Source: Chlorokybus atmophyticus | Lineage: Eukaryota > Plantae > Mesostigma and Chlorokybus algae | Reading direction: 5' to 3' | DNA length: 64,000 nucleotides | Assembly (NCBI GenBank): GCA_009103225.1 | Contig: RHPI01000773.1 | Span: forward strand, 148,003-212,002 | In this document: positions 26,359 through 37,891 of the stretch, piece after piece | Position numbering within the stretch: the first letter of the stretch is position 1 | How the letters are laid out: every line of letters starts with the position of its first letter | Program-made: the position numbers and the translations under genes | Notes under the pieces: generated by a model | Seen by the model: the letters and a program-made list of their open reading frames with translations, nothing else | What the model was told of the DNA's origin: nothing | Databases searched by the model: none

Positions 26359-28538
26359 GGGCTGAACGTGACAGCTGCCTGTCAGTGCCCTGGGGTTGGC
26401 ATGCACGCCGGCAGGGCGGCGGCGGCAGGCGCTGGGAGAGTAGGGGGTTGAGGGGATGGGGGCAGTCAGGGAAAAGAGACTCTTGCCTTCTGGAAGGAAG
26501 CGGGCATGGCGTGGCGCAGCTGCTGCTGAGCCGGTTGGTGGTGCTGCACAGGTACCGCAGTTCTGGCGGGAGAGGTGACATTCTCTCACTTTCGCGCTGG
26601 AGCCATGTACGCATGCTCATGTTGTACATGTAATGTTTACTCAAAAACATGCGTAAGCGTCTGCAAAGCTAGTCATGTCGTTGCCGTGAGTAAACATCCC
26701 CTTCACAACAAATGCTAGTAATCCTGGTGCTGCTATGCTACACAGGATTCTCTCACTGTTTTGCAACTATGCTACGTGCGTTGCTGTTCTATCTATAACT
26801 TTGCAATTGTCTCGTTGTCGCGTGCTCTTCAAAGGCTCCATCCATCCCCACTGCGTGATAATGTGCTTCTCTCTCGCTCGCTCTAACACACGGAGGTGTA
26901 AATTTACAAACACACGGACATGCTCACCTACGCTGATGTGAAAATATGCCAGTCTTTGGAGCAGATAACCATACTACAGAACCTGTTGCCAACCATTGCC
27001 AGTGTGACAACGCTAACTTATGTCGCGTAACAGAAGGGGTGACGGTGCAGAGGAGTCCAAGACCAGCGATGGTTGTGACGCATGCCGGAAATGGCGCTGC
27101 CTGGCTGAACCCTCTGCTCCCATCAGGTAGTTAACGTACTACGCGGCAAGCAGCCGGTATTGTCTATGTATATGCCTATACACGTGTGTGCAACTGTGTG
27201 CGCTTGCCAAGTACACTTGCGCAGAGTCACGGGCGGTCCTGCACATGCAACTGACTGCACACGCATGCGAGGATGCGCGCATGTTGGCTGATAAAACTCC
27301 TTTGCACAGTTTTGTTCTACAGGCTATACATACACCGTGTATAGCCTGTGTGTATGTTGGGCCATCATACACAGGAGCCCGTGTGGGCATGTAACTTGAA
27401 ACCGCATGCACTTACTTGCATGACTCACGGGGTGGTAAAATTGGTAGAATAGTGATGTAGTTGTGCCCGGTGGTTAACCTTAGGACGCTGTAGGTAATGA
27501 TAGTTGCTTTGCTCATCCCGTGTTTATTGCATGGTCTATGCATGTTCACTACGCATTTCATGTACAAACATTCACAACATTAAAATCAAGCGGAATTCTC
27601 AGCATGTTCCATATGTTATTTGTCACCTATCAATCACTGTGACCACTCAAGCACACAACTTCCCGACCCTCCACTTGGAGTGCTTGTTGCAAGTGCATCT
27701 GTACTGCGCCTCGCCATAGCACTTGTCTAGCTTCCGCTCATGTGGTAGATTTGCACGATTGCATATCGTTTTGAAAGCCCGGGTGGGACCCCAGGTGACC
27801 AAGCGTGTATATATAAGGGGTATGGTACGGTGGCAGCATGCATGGTGTGGACAATGCGAATGGCATGCATCAGCACAAGCATGCACACGCTATGCACATG
27901 TGTACAGAAAATGCGAGAGGGGTATGTGGGAGGGAAGCCTTCCCCCAGCTAACCCCCTGAGGAGGTCAGCTCTCCCTCGCATCACGTTGACATAGGTCTC
28001 CGCTACATCCATGAGGCAATCCTAGCGCAAGTGCAATATGCCAAATACTTGCTTGTTGATTAAGCGATGCAACCGTCGCATACATCTGCTACGCCTCTTA
28101 TGTTACGCATGTTGGCGCAACTAGAATAGTATCTTAGATTGTTTTACACATAACATGTGCATGTGGGCAAAACTTCTTGGATTGCACCGGCATGCAGATG
28201 TATAGGAGCACACATAACATTTAAACTGTGTGATGCAATGCTAGCATTGAACACAACGAGCGTACGAGCACAACGAACTTATTCTTTTTAGCCACTTCCA
28301 CAACAACTGATCGGTTGTTATTACTGCAATAGCCATCATTGTGCACGTCAATGAACCATATGAAGCAATACCTTCTTGCAACTTCCTCGCCATATATTGA
28401 ATCACATGTTCATGTACTCAAGCAACAACCACATGTTTATACGGCTGAGTGCATGTGCACTCAATTAAATGACGTAAGCATCAATATTGCAAATAATAGT
28501 TTTTTACGTACTTGTTTTGCCTAGCCCCGTTCCTACTC

Positions 28539-29064
28539 TGTAACGAGAGCAATAATAATAGGGGTATTATTGCTACCTGAATAACACATTTTGTATGAAT
28601 AAGTATTTAAATATGCTTATTTATACCTCTTTTCTACGGTTCCTCGCTTATTAAAGGCTATGATGCTTTATCATAGCTTAAATAAGTCCCAGTGGGTGTA
28701 GAACCGCTTATTCAAGCCTATTTAGTGTCACATTCGATATAATGTGATTACTATCTCGTTAGGTACCTTACGATAGGTATCTTTGGATAGGTACCTTATC
28801 GATAGGTACCTTATCTGAGCTGTGATTGGCTCACGCTAGATTTCCTAACTACCCTATCTGTAGGGTCGATATCTAGTTGTGAGTTAATTATCGAGAGTTA
28901 TATAGTTGATATACTCTTGATATAAAAGGTCACATCAATCTGATGTGGGGACTTTCAGTTCTCTGCTCAGTGGCGGCCACGCCGCTGAAAGGCTTGTCAT
29001 AGGCGGTGTGGGTGTTGGGGTAGAGGATTGAAGGGGCATCACCGGCGACGGTGGTGCTGTTACA
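28539..29064 (+). repeat. 5' LTR of element 2 (526 bp)
   Basis: The first 186 bp are repeated at 35036-35221 with 3 substitutions seen by eye. Confidence 0.93.
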
Positions 29065-29979
29065 TTGGTATCCAGGAGCTGGGGGGTGACGTGGGTACTT
29101 ATAGGGGGCGGCGACCTGCTTTCGGCCAATCAGGAGCGTCGGCGGCGGCCTCCTATTCGTCCACGCAGCCCAAGCTTCAAGTTCGCTTCCCCGCGTTACC
29201 TCCACGTTGAAGCCACCTATCAAAGAGGCGGCCTCTCCACGTGTGAGGTACCATCACACGTCGGTGACTTGCCTGCTTGCCTGCTTGTCAGCTGCTTGCC
29301 AGGTGCTTGCCAAGTGCACGTGTGTACTTTCATGCACATCACACAGTGGCTTGCCAGTGCACTATGATTGCTTGCAGTAATTGCCTGTCATTGCATGCGG
29401 TGATTGCGGCTTGCTAGTGTGCCATCACTGTTTGTCACACTTAGTGCGCTGTTATTGCTTGCAGTGATTGCCTGTCATTGCATGCGGTGATTGCTTGTCA
29501 TTGTGCTTGCCAGTGCATGTCACAGTTAGTCACCGTGCGGCTTGCCTGTTGCATGCCTGTGACGTACCTGTGACCTGCCAGTGGCTTTGCCGGGTCGTTT
29601 GACCCGGGTCCGTAAGTTCCAAACCAAACTGTTCCCAAACCCTCCTCCTCTGGCTTCGGCCTGGAGATCGGGACTTGGTTAGGACAGTTGTGGGGAGGTT
29701 CTAGGACAATCTGTTCCCAAACCCTGTTGATCTGAAACCCTCCCCCTCTGGCTTCGGCCTGGAGATCGGGACTTGGTTGAGGACAACACAGGGTTAGGAC
29801 GTTTTGGTCCCACTCAGACTTGTTCTGTTTGGTGACACTCCAGATCCAACCTTTCCTATTTTAGGACTGGTTTGGACTCCGTTTGGGACTTTTACAACTT
29901 GGGGTCATTTTGATCCTCTCGTTGAACCTGGTCCATTGGTGAGGTTCTCACCATCCCATTCTGCCTGTTTTGCAGACAA

Positions 29980-31107
29980 ATGGAAGAAAACTCGGTTCCC
30001 ACCTCAAAAGGGGAGAGCTCAGAAAAAGAGCAACTTTCCCGTGAGGAGGAATTTCCATCCATGGAAGACATTCCGAATCCGGATGATGCACCTGATGAGT
30101 CTCAAGCTGCTAAAGCTGCGGAAGCTTCAGTGGATGATAGATCACCTTCTATATTCCCTGAGTTTTCTATTCGCATGACACAGCAGGACTTGATGGAGCA
30201 TTTCCTTAGCACCTATGATCAGGACCCTCGTGAGGCAATTGTCTCATTCGTGAACTTTCTCTTCCTATTGGCAGAAAAAGTTTTAAAGCTCACCACCTTT
30301 ATGGGGCGAGATTGGGAGGGGCAGATGGGTGAAGGCAAACGTGTTCTGAATATGATCGAGCGTCTGCAGCGTGCTGACGGTGGTCCACCTGTTCAAGCAC
30401 TTGCTCGTCCTGCCGAGTTTGTCCCCAACAAGCAAGCGGCCATTTTTGACTGGCTTGTGAAGTTGCGACACTATGTCGATTCCCTTCACATTTCTGAGGA
30501 GGGGAAATTGCGTGTAGCTGAGTTGCTGATCCCAAACGATGCTCTGGCAGAGTGGTACCGCCGTAAGCAACGGGATACAAACCTCGGGCGGGAAATGAAT
30601 CAGTTGTGCTTTTTCATGGAGCAGCGCTATGGTGGCGCAGATCCTGCCCAGGTTGCTCGCAACCAGCTGCACAACCTGCGTCAGAACGGGCGTCCGGTTC
30701 AGCAGTATATCCAGGATTTTCAGTCGTTTGTCAGCAAGATCAATGCTGGCAAACTACCTATCAGTGATGCTGATCAGCTGGATATGTTCAGGCGTGGCTT
30801 GGACACAGATCTCGTGCAGCATGTGGCCGTCAACCCCGCGAGTTTGCAAGAGTGGGCCTCGACGGATTTACCAATGCTGATGCAGATGGTTGCTGCTGTG
30901 GACAGTGTAAAGCGCTCTCACGCCAACATGCAAACCACGGCAAAAGAGGCAGCCCCGGTTTCAGCTGCAAAGCGCCCGGCCACTGGCAACAAACCTTTTG
31001 TGAAAAAGGCGAAACCATCTCATCCTGCTGGCCCCTACAATGCGGCCAAATCCATCATCACTTGCAGTTTCTGCAAGAAGACAGGTCATGGGGAGGCTAC
31101 GTGCTAG
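29980..31107 (+). CDS. gag: Gag of element 2
   Basis: 375-aa ORF with retrotransposon gag core (DPAQVARNQLHNLRQNGRPVQQYIQDF) and terminal CSFCKKTGHGEATC knuckle. Confidence 0.88.
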   Translation: MEENSVPTSKGESSEKEQLSREEEFPSMEDIPNPDDAPDESQAAKAAEASVDDRSPSIFPEFSIRMTQQDLMEHFLSTYDQDPREAIVSFVNFLFLLAEKVLKLTTFMGRDWEGQMGEGKRVLNMIERLQRADGGPPVQALARPAEFVPNKQAAIFDWLVKLRHYVDSLHISEEGKLRVAELLIPNDALAEWYRRKQRDTNLGREMNQLCFFMEQRYGGADPAQVARNQLHNLRQNGRPVQQYIQDFQSFVSKINAGKLPISDADQLDMFRRGLDTDLVQHVAVNPASLQEWASTDLPMLMQMVAAVDSVKRSHANMQTTAKEAAPVSAAKRPATGNKPFVKKAKPSHPAGPYNAAKSIITCSFCKKTGHGEATC

Positions 31108-31158
31108 GCCAAACAGAATGCACAGAAGGCCAAGCAGCAGAGAGACAAGAAATAGGAA

Positions 31159-34100
31159 TTGTCCGTGGTTGGTAGCTTAGTCGAGCAGAACGACTTTAAA
31201 AACTCTGTACTTCTTGATAAAGTTTCCTCTCTTTGCGATGTATCAGATGTATGGACTGATATGAGCACACCACCTGTGTTGAGAAATGCAAACGGTTGTG
31301 TTTTAATCAATGTTCCATTCTCTGAATTAGTAACTGCTGTTAAGCACTTACACGAGTTGCAATTACAACATGCTATCACTGCATGTGTAGTTATCCCTCG
31401 ATATCATGGCCCGTGGTCGCGATTGTTGAAAGGGGGAGAAGTAATCATGCAACTCTCACGCAAAGATACAGGAGCTTCACCATTGCAAGTGATCTTTATC
31501 AAGTCTGCTACCAATCACGGCACTCCGACATTAGCTACATTTGATGGTCACTCAGTGCCACTCAAATGGAGATTTGAGAGTCAACTTATGGGTACACCAT
31601 GTACAGCATTGATTGATACTGGTGCAAACCATAACTTTGTTGAACATGCTTGGGTGAAACGTAATAACATTCCTTTCACACCAGTCACGTCATATGTACG
31701 TGCTGCTGGTTCCACTCTCAATGCAATGGGAGAGGTAAAAGGGCGTTTTGTTATTAATGGCCATATAACCCGACCAGCCTTCATCGTGGTGGATATTGGT
31801 ATCCCCGGGGTGGATGTTGTTTTAGGGGAACAATGGCACACTGAAGCAGGTTTACAATTAGACTCTCGAGCCAATACGTGCACCCTTCGTAAAGGGAAAC
31901 GTAGGATGACTTTAACAGCATCTGTACCCGCACGTATACCACGCGATAATGTTCCGCTCCTCTCTGCTATGCAATTGAAACGTTGCATGCGTAAACGTGA
32001 GGACGTATACTTACTGCACTTACGACAGGTGGAAACACCTGCTGAACAGGCTATCAGTGACCCTGTGGTGCAGTCACTTACGGAACAATACGCAGATGTA
32101 TTTCAGGATGAACTCCCAGAGTTGCCTCCCGATCGAAACATACATCATACCATTCCGTTAGAAGAGGGGGCAAAGCCACCTTGGCGGCCTATATACAGGC
32201 TAAGTCCCTTAGAACACGCGGAGATGGAAAAACAGCTCAAAGAGTTATTGGACAAAGGTTTAATAACAAAGAGCATATCTCCTTTTGGTGCACCAATTTT
32301 GTTTGTGCCCAAAAAGAATGGCAAGCTACGCATGTGTATTGATTACCGTGCGTTGAACAAGGTCACTGTGAAAAACAGATACCCTTTGCCTCGGATTGAT
32401 GACTTGTTTGATAAGCTGTCAGGTGCAACAGTGTTCAGCACGCTGGATTTGACCAGTGGTTATCATCAAATCAAAATCCACCCGTCGGATATACAAAAAA
32501 CTGCATTTCGCACCCCACTAGGACACTTTGAGTATATAAGTGTTACCGTTTGGGTTAACAAATGCACCGGCTACATTTCAGACAGCAATGAACACGGTAT
32601 TTGCTGATGAATTGTACAAGTTTGTACTGGTATATCTAGACGACATTATTGTGTTCAGCAAAACTCGGGAGGACCACCACAAACATGTGGAATTGGTTCT
32701 AGCTAAATTACGCGAACACAAATTCTATGCCAACCTGTCCAAATGCAACTTTGCAAAAGATGAACTACCCTTTTTAGGGCATGTGATTGGCAAAGAAGGA
32801 TTGAAACCAGATCCTCAAAAGGTGTGTGCGGTAAAAGATTGGCCACCACCCAAGGATGTCCATCAGTTACGTGCTTTCTTGGGGCTAGCCAATTATTTCC
32901 GCAAGTTCATGCGAGCATATTCTGGCATGGCAAACCCTTTAACATCTTTACTAAGAAAAGATGTTAAATTTGTGTGGACGGAGGCACACGAGGTTGCTTT
33001 TACACGCATTAAAGATGCATTAACACAAGCCCCTGTGTTAGCCTTCCCCGACCACACCAAGCCTTTTGTGGTGATCAGTGATGCTTCCACCATTGGGTGT
33101 GGGGCAGTCCTTCTACAAGATGACAGACCATGTGCATATGAAAGCAGAAAGTTCATTCCTGCTGAACGTAATTACACAACCACTGAACAGGAATTGCTCG
33201 GGGTGGTGCATGCGCTGCGCACATGGCGTTGCTACTTGGAAGGGGTGGAGTTTTCAGTGATTACTGATCACAACCCGCTCACATTCTTTCATACGCAAAA
33301 AAATCTGTCGAGGCGGCAAGCTAGGTGGAATGAATTCATTTCTCGTTTCACTTTCACTTGGCAATACCGTCCGGGTCGCACCAATGTGGCGGATCCACTA
33401 AGTCGCAGCCCTGCTCTTTTGGCACTTACGCGCTCTCGAAGTACGCGTAATGTACAACAGCCTGAAGATCCTTTCTTAAAGGAAGTGTCCGCAGGTTATA
33501 ACTCAGATGTTTGGTTTAGCAGTCAAACCAACTTACAACAGCTTACTGCTGTTAGCAATCTGTGGTATAGAGGGGAGCAGTTGGCAATTCCCAACTCGGG
33601 CGACTTACGTAAGCAATGCTTACATTCAGTGCATGACCCGCCGTATGCTGGGCATTTAGGGAAACACAAAACACTCAAATCTGCGCAACAGGTATACTGG
33701 TGGCCGTCAATGTCAGCTGACGTGGATCAATATGTTCGCACATGTGACGTGTGTCAACGTAATAAGCCACTACGACAAAAACAAGCGGGATTGCTTAAAC
33801 CATTGGCAATTCCAGAACAAAAGTGGGATAGTGTCAGTATGGATTTGATTACTGACCTACCTGAAACAGCAGCTAAATACACTGCTATTGTGGTTTTTGT
33901 CGACCGTTTGACTAAAATGGTGCATTTTGCCCCGTGTTGCACAACTGTAAGTGCACGGGACTTGGCACACTTATTTGTGTCCACGGTCTTTCGCGTTCAC
34001 GGTATACCGCGTGAACTCGTCACAGATCGTGATCCTCGTTTTGTCTCCAAGTTTTGGCGCGAAGTCTGTGAATTGTTGGGGGTAAAACAAAGCATGTCGA

Positions 34101-34888
34101 CTGCTTTCCACCCGCAGACGGATGGTCAAACTGAGCGAGCAAATCAAATACTGGAAGAAATGCTTCGCCACTATGTGGCTCCTAATCATGCTGATTGGGA
34201 TAGGTACTTGCCAATGGCAGAGTTCGCTGTGAACAACGCGTGGCAAGAAAGTGTTAAGGAAACCCCATTTTTCTTAAATTATGGGATTCGCCCGAACACA
34301 CCAGCGTCATTGCGTGTACCTCGCAATGCCCTGACTGTGCCAGCGGCAAAGGAATTTGCCACTATTATGCAAGAAACTTTGGCTCGAGCCAAGCTGTGTC
34401 TGTCAGAAGCACAGGACAGGCAAAAAGCTTATGCTGATACACATCGAAAAATGGCCACTTTCGATGTCGGCGATAAAGTTTTGCTTAATGCAAAAAACAT
34501 AACCATCAAAGGTACGGGTGCTCGCAAGTTGCTGCCCCGATGGTTAGGTCCTTTCTCTATCACTGATAGAGTTAGTACGCACGCTTATCGACTGCAATTG
34601 CCCCCAAGTGTGCGTATACACAACGTGTTTCATGTAAACTTGTTGAAACCTTACCGCTCAGACGGTAGAACACAGCCTCCACCACCGCCAATTGAGGTGG
34701 ACAGCGAGCTCCAATATGAGGTGGAAGCTATATTGAACCATAAGCTAAATGGTCGAGGACGCGCAACTCGCTATTTGGTGAAATGGAAAGGGTATGGCCC
34801 GGAACATAACAGTTGGGAGCCCGACAGGCATCTTACGCACTGCCGCGAGTTGCTTCGAGCTTATTGGGATTCATGTCCTGTCCCATAA
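31159..34888 (+). CDS. pol: Pol of element 2 (protease, RT, RNase H, integrase, chromodomain) with one +1 frameshift near 32536-32539
   Basis: [10 protein letters not shown] (PR), [11 protein letters not shown] and YLDD (RT), ITDHNPL (RH), HHCC zinc finger, [14 protein letters not shown] (IN), and EVEAIL...[17 protein letters not shown] (chromodomain). Confidence 0.95.
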
Positions 34889-35035
34889 ACTGTGGGCTTG
34901 GTTTTATGACAGACTGGCAGTGCAGTTTCATTACCACCCTGTCATTTCCTGCTATCTCACTGGTTACAATTACTCGAAATCAAGCCTGATCAACTTGAGT
35001 TCAACGAGGACGTTGAAAACCTAAGTGGGGGGGAA

Positions 35036-35221
35036 TGTAACGGGAGCAATAATAATAGGGGTATTATTGCTACCTAAATAACACATTTTGTATGAATAAG
35101 TATTTAAATATGCTTATTTATACCTCTTTTCTACGGTTCCTCGCTTATTAAAGGCTATGATGCTTTATCATAGCTTAAATAAGTCCCAATGGGTGTAGAA
35201 CCGCTTATTCAAGCCTATTTA
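35036..35221 (+). repeat. 3' LTR of element 2 (truncated by N gap)
   Basis: Copy of 28539-28724, preceded by AAGTGGGGGGGAA. Confidence 0.93.
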
Positions 35222-35538
35222 NNNNNNNNNNNNNNNNNNNNNNNNNNNNNNNNNNNNNNNNNNNNNNNNNNNNNNNNNNNNNNNNNNNNNNNNNNNNNNN
35301 NNNNNNNNNNNNNNNNNNNNNNNNNNNNNNNNNNNNNNNNNNNNNNNNNNNNNNNNNNNNNNNNNNNNNNNNNNNNNNNNNNNNNNNNNNNNNNNNNNNN
35401 NNNNNNNNNNNNNNNNNNNNNNNNNNNNNNNNNNNNNNNNNNNNNNNNNNNNNNNNNNNNNNNNNNNNNNNNNNNNNNNNNNNNNNNNNNNNNNNNNNNN
35501 NNNNNNNNNNNNNNNNNNNNNNNNNNNNNNNNNNNNNN
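35222..35538. other. Assembly gap (N run)
   Basis: Ns followed by a G-rich run. Confidence 0.99.
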
Positions 35539-37891
35539 GGGGGGAGGGAGGGGGGCATGTAGCAAACTACTTAATCACGGGAAATCCCAACATTTGTACA
35601 CGTATCCATATATATAGCTTCAATAAACCGCTTCTCGCTTTCATAAAACTACACCCAATACAAACAGGGTGAGGCCCAAAAAAACGACCAAGCTAGGCCG
35701 CAACCTGGCCTACACACAAGAGTAGCGTATGCACGCTCAAGTGTGGATATCAAAACGTGAGGCTCTCGTTGCCTAACTTGTTGGCAACGCCCTTATGTAC
35801 TCGTATGTTGCCCAATATGCACACTGTGCTTATTAGGCAATCAGTCATTTGGCAAATACCTCAAGATGTTGTTAAATGACAACTTGTAGGTATAGAGCTA
35901 GGTGTAAGCCTTATCACTTGTCACAATGTTGGAAATGTGAGGGGTCCTTAACCACTAAGCCACGGTAGCAAGACTTGCTATCAAGGGTGGAGGCATATGC
36001 CTCAAATCTGTTCCATATGATATATGTGACATCACTGATGTTTAACCTTGGTCTTGCATCAGAATGCACATGCATTCTTTGAATGTCGGTGTCTACTACA
36101 TGGCACCACTTGCAAAATGGTCATAGCATGTCGCAGCGGCATAAACAGCCCTTTACAAGCCCTGTGCACTTGTCTCATGCATAATTGGTACATCATAAGC
36201 CGGATTTAGGCCGTGACGCGCTGAGACTTGAGCGCGGGCTTTCAAACGCAGTAGTGCACTTTACAAGCACTACACAAGTTCGATTGTCACACAACCGATG
36301 ACCCTACCATTATTTTAAGTCGTATTCATGCAATACGCCCCGCCCTACAAGTGCGATTGTCAAATCTATTCGTTGGCAACTCATAAGCGCGTGCTGCGCG
36401 CGTTGTAGCATAAAATGTTTATGCAATGTTTTTTTTGTGATTACTCTCAACCCCAGGGATCACGTGCGTTGCAAGCTTGATGAATATCACACTTAAAAAA
36501 TTGATTATATTCACAAAAATACATTGATAAAATCAGTGATTGCGTTTCCCGAGTTGCAATAATAACACTCTTATTCAGTAAAGTTGTCACATAGTAGCAA
36601 CATAAATGGACTACGGGTACCTTTTCATAAACGTTTTAACGTCACGATCAATCACTATGCAGAAACCGCAGCTGTATTACAGTAAAGTAGTAAATGGTAA
36701 TACCTACATCATTATACAAAGTAAATGGCGCTACTGCATTTACCATAAACATGGTATTTTTAATATTGCAATAGCTCATAAGGGTAATTGATAAAAAAGA
36801 TATTGATTAAGTAAAAAGTACAAATTGCGACATGCAAGATTAAACAATCCATGCTTGCAACATGCGACATCATGTTAAATCACACTTAACAGGCACCGGA
36901 GTTGTTGATCAACATCTGTGCTAGTGTAGTTCATACTGCCTTATGACCATTCAGTCAGTATGTATGGCACCATAGATTGAATACCTACATGCAGATTATG
37001 CAGCGAATTCAGATTGCCACCTTCTCTGTTGCATTATAGCCTAGGTTGGACTTACATAGCCAAGGACCAAGGAAGCTGCACAGCAAAGTGTAGCGCGAAA
37101 CTCTGCGGCAAAGCCCCTCAGCTGGTCACGCACGTCCGGTGAGCCACGCAAATCACGTGCCGTGGCCCACGGAGGAAGTTGTTGTCCACATTGCCAGCAA
37201 AGTGCGTCCCTGCAACTCCTCAGGCGCCACACTGCAAGCAACCACGTAATGTTTTCAACCACACTGTTGAGCCCCGTAGCCTACGCCGCGCGTATATGGC
37301 GGGAAGAATCGCTGGGCGACACTCCACGGTCACATCCTCTGGTGCACAGCTTCGCAGGCCGTCCGCCTGCTTGCTATCCGTGCGATGGACAGCGCGGCGT
37401 CTGCAGTGCAGGCATGGCACCGAGGGCCGACGCGCGTGTAGCAATCACCAGTCCAAGAACAACTTGCAACCCCACTATCATTGGAACGTGACGTTGCATT
37501 GGTTTTTTCTGTGTCAGCAGCTTCTGCTCACTACAGGTCATTTCTGCCGGTGCGTAGGGCGTGTTACCAATCCTTGTCAGCTACCTGCGGAGCAGAAAAG
37601 CGCGTGCACCAACCGACAAAAGCGAGGTTGACTGGCAACGTTCGGCTTTATGCAAGCATAGACTATGAGGCGATGTATAGTTTCATTGATGTTGGGAGAA
37701 ACTGTGACACCAAGATGGTGTTTGGCTGGTGTAGCCGGTGAGCAGTTGCACGGCGACAGATTCAGACACACACAGAGGATTATTATTAACAGCAGTTGGG
37801 TGCACGTCAATTGCCGTCAATTGGGCGTTGGGGAGAAGGCGGAGGAAGAGGCGGAGGCGGCGGCGGTGGGGGCGGCGGGTGGGGAGAGGGA

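Larger units (their letters stand above)
28539..35221 (+). mobile_element. Ty3/gypsy chromovirus-type LTR retrotransposon, near full length (3' LTR runs into a gap)
   Basis: 5' LTR 28539-29064 (TGTAAC...GTTACA), tRNA-Met-type PBS TGGTATC at 29066, gag, PR-RT-RH-IN-chromodomain order, polypurine tract at about 35023-35035, and 3' LTR from 35036. Confidence 0.97.

Noticed and set aside
26300-26360. AAGCTT array as an interstitial telomere or CRISPR-like repeat
   Set aside because: It is not a G-rich telomere motif and has no spacers. There is no CRISPR array or cas gene anywhere in the window.
35189-35617. ORFs spanning N runs (also at 15027-15406 and 38471-39056)
   Set aside because: Artefacts of assembly gaps. 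The G/C-rich gap edges are probably sequencing dropouts.
37041-37631. GC-rich stretch with several overlapping short ORFs upstream of ctpA
   Set aside because: No motif or consistent exon structure was found in any frame.
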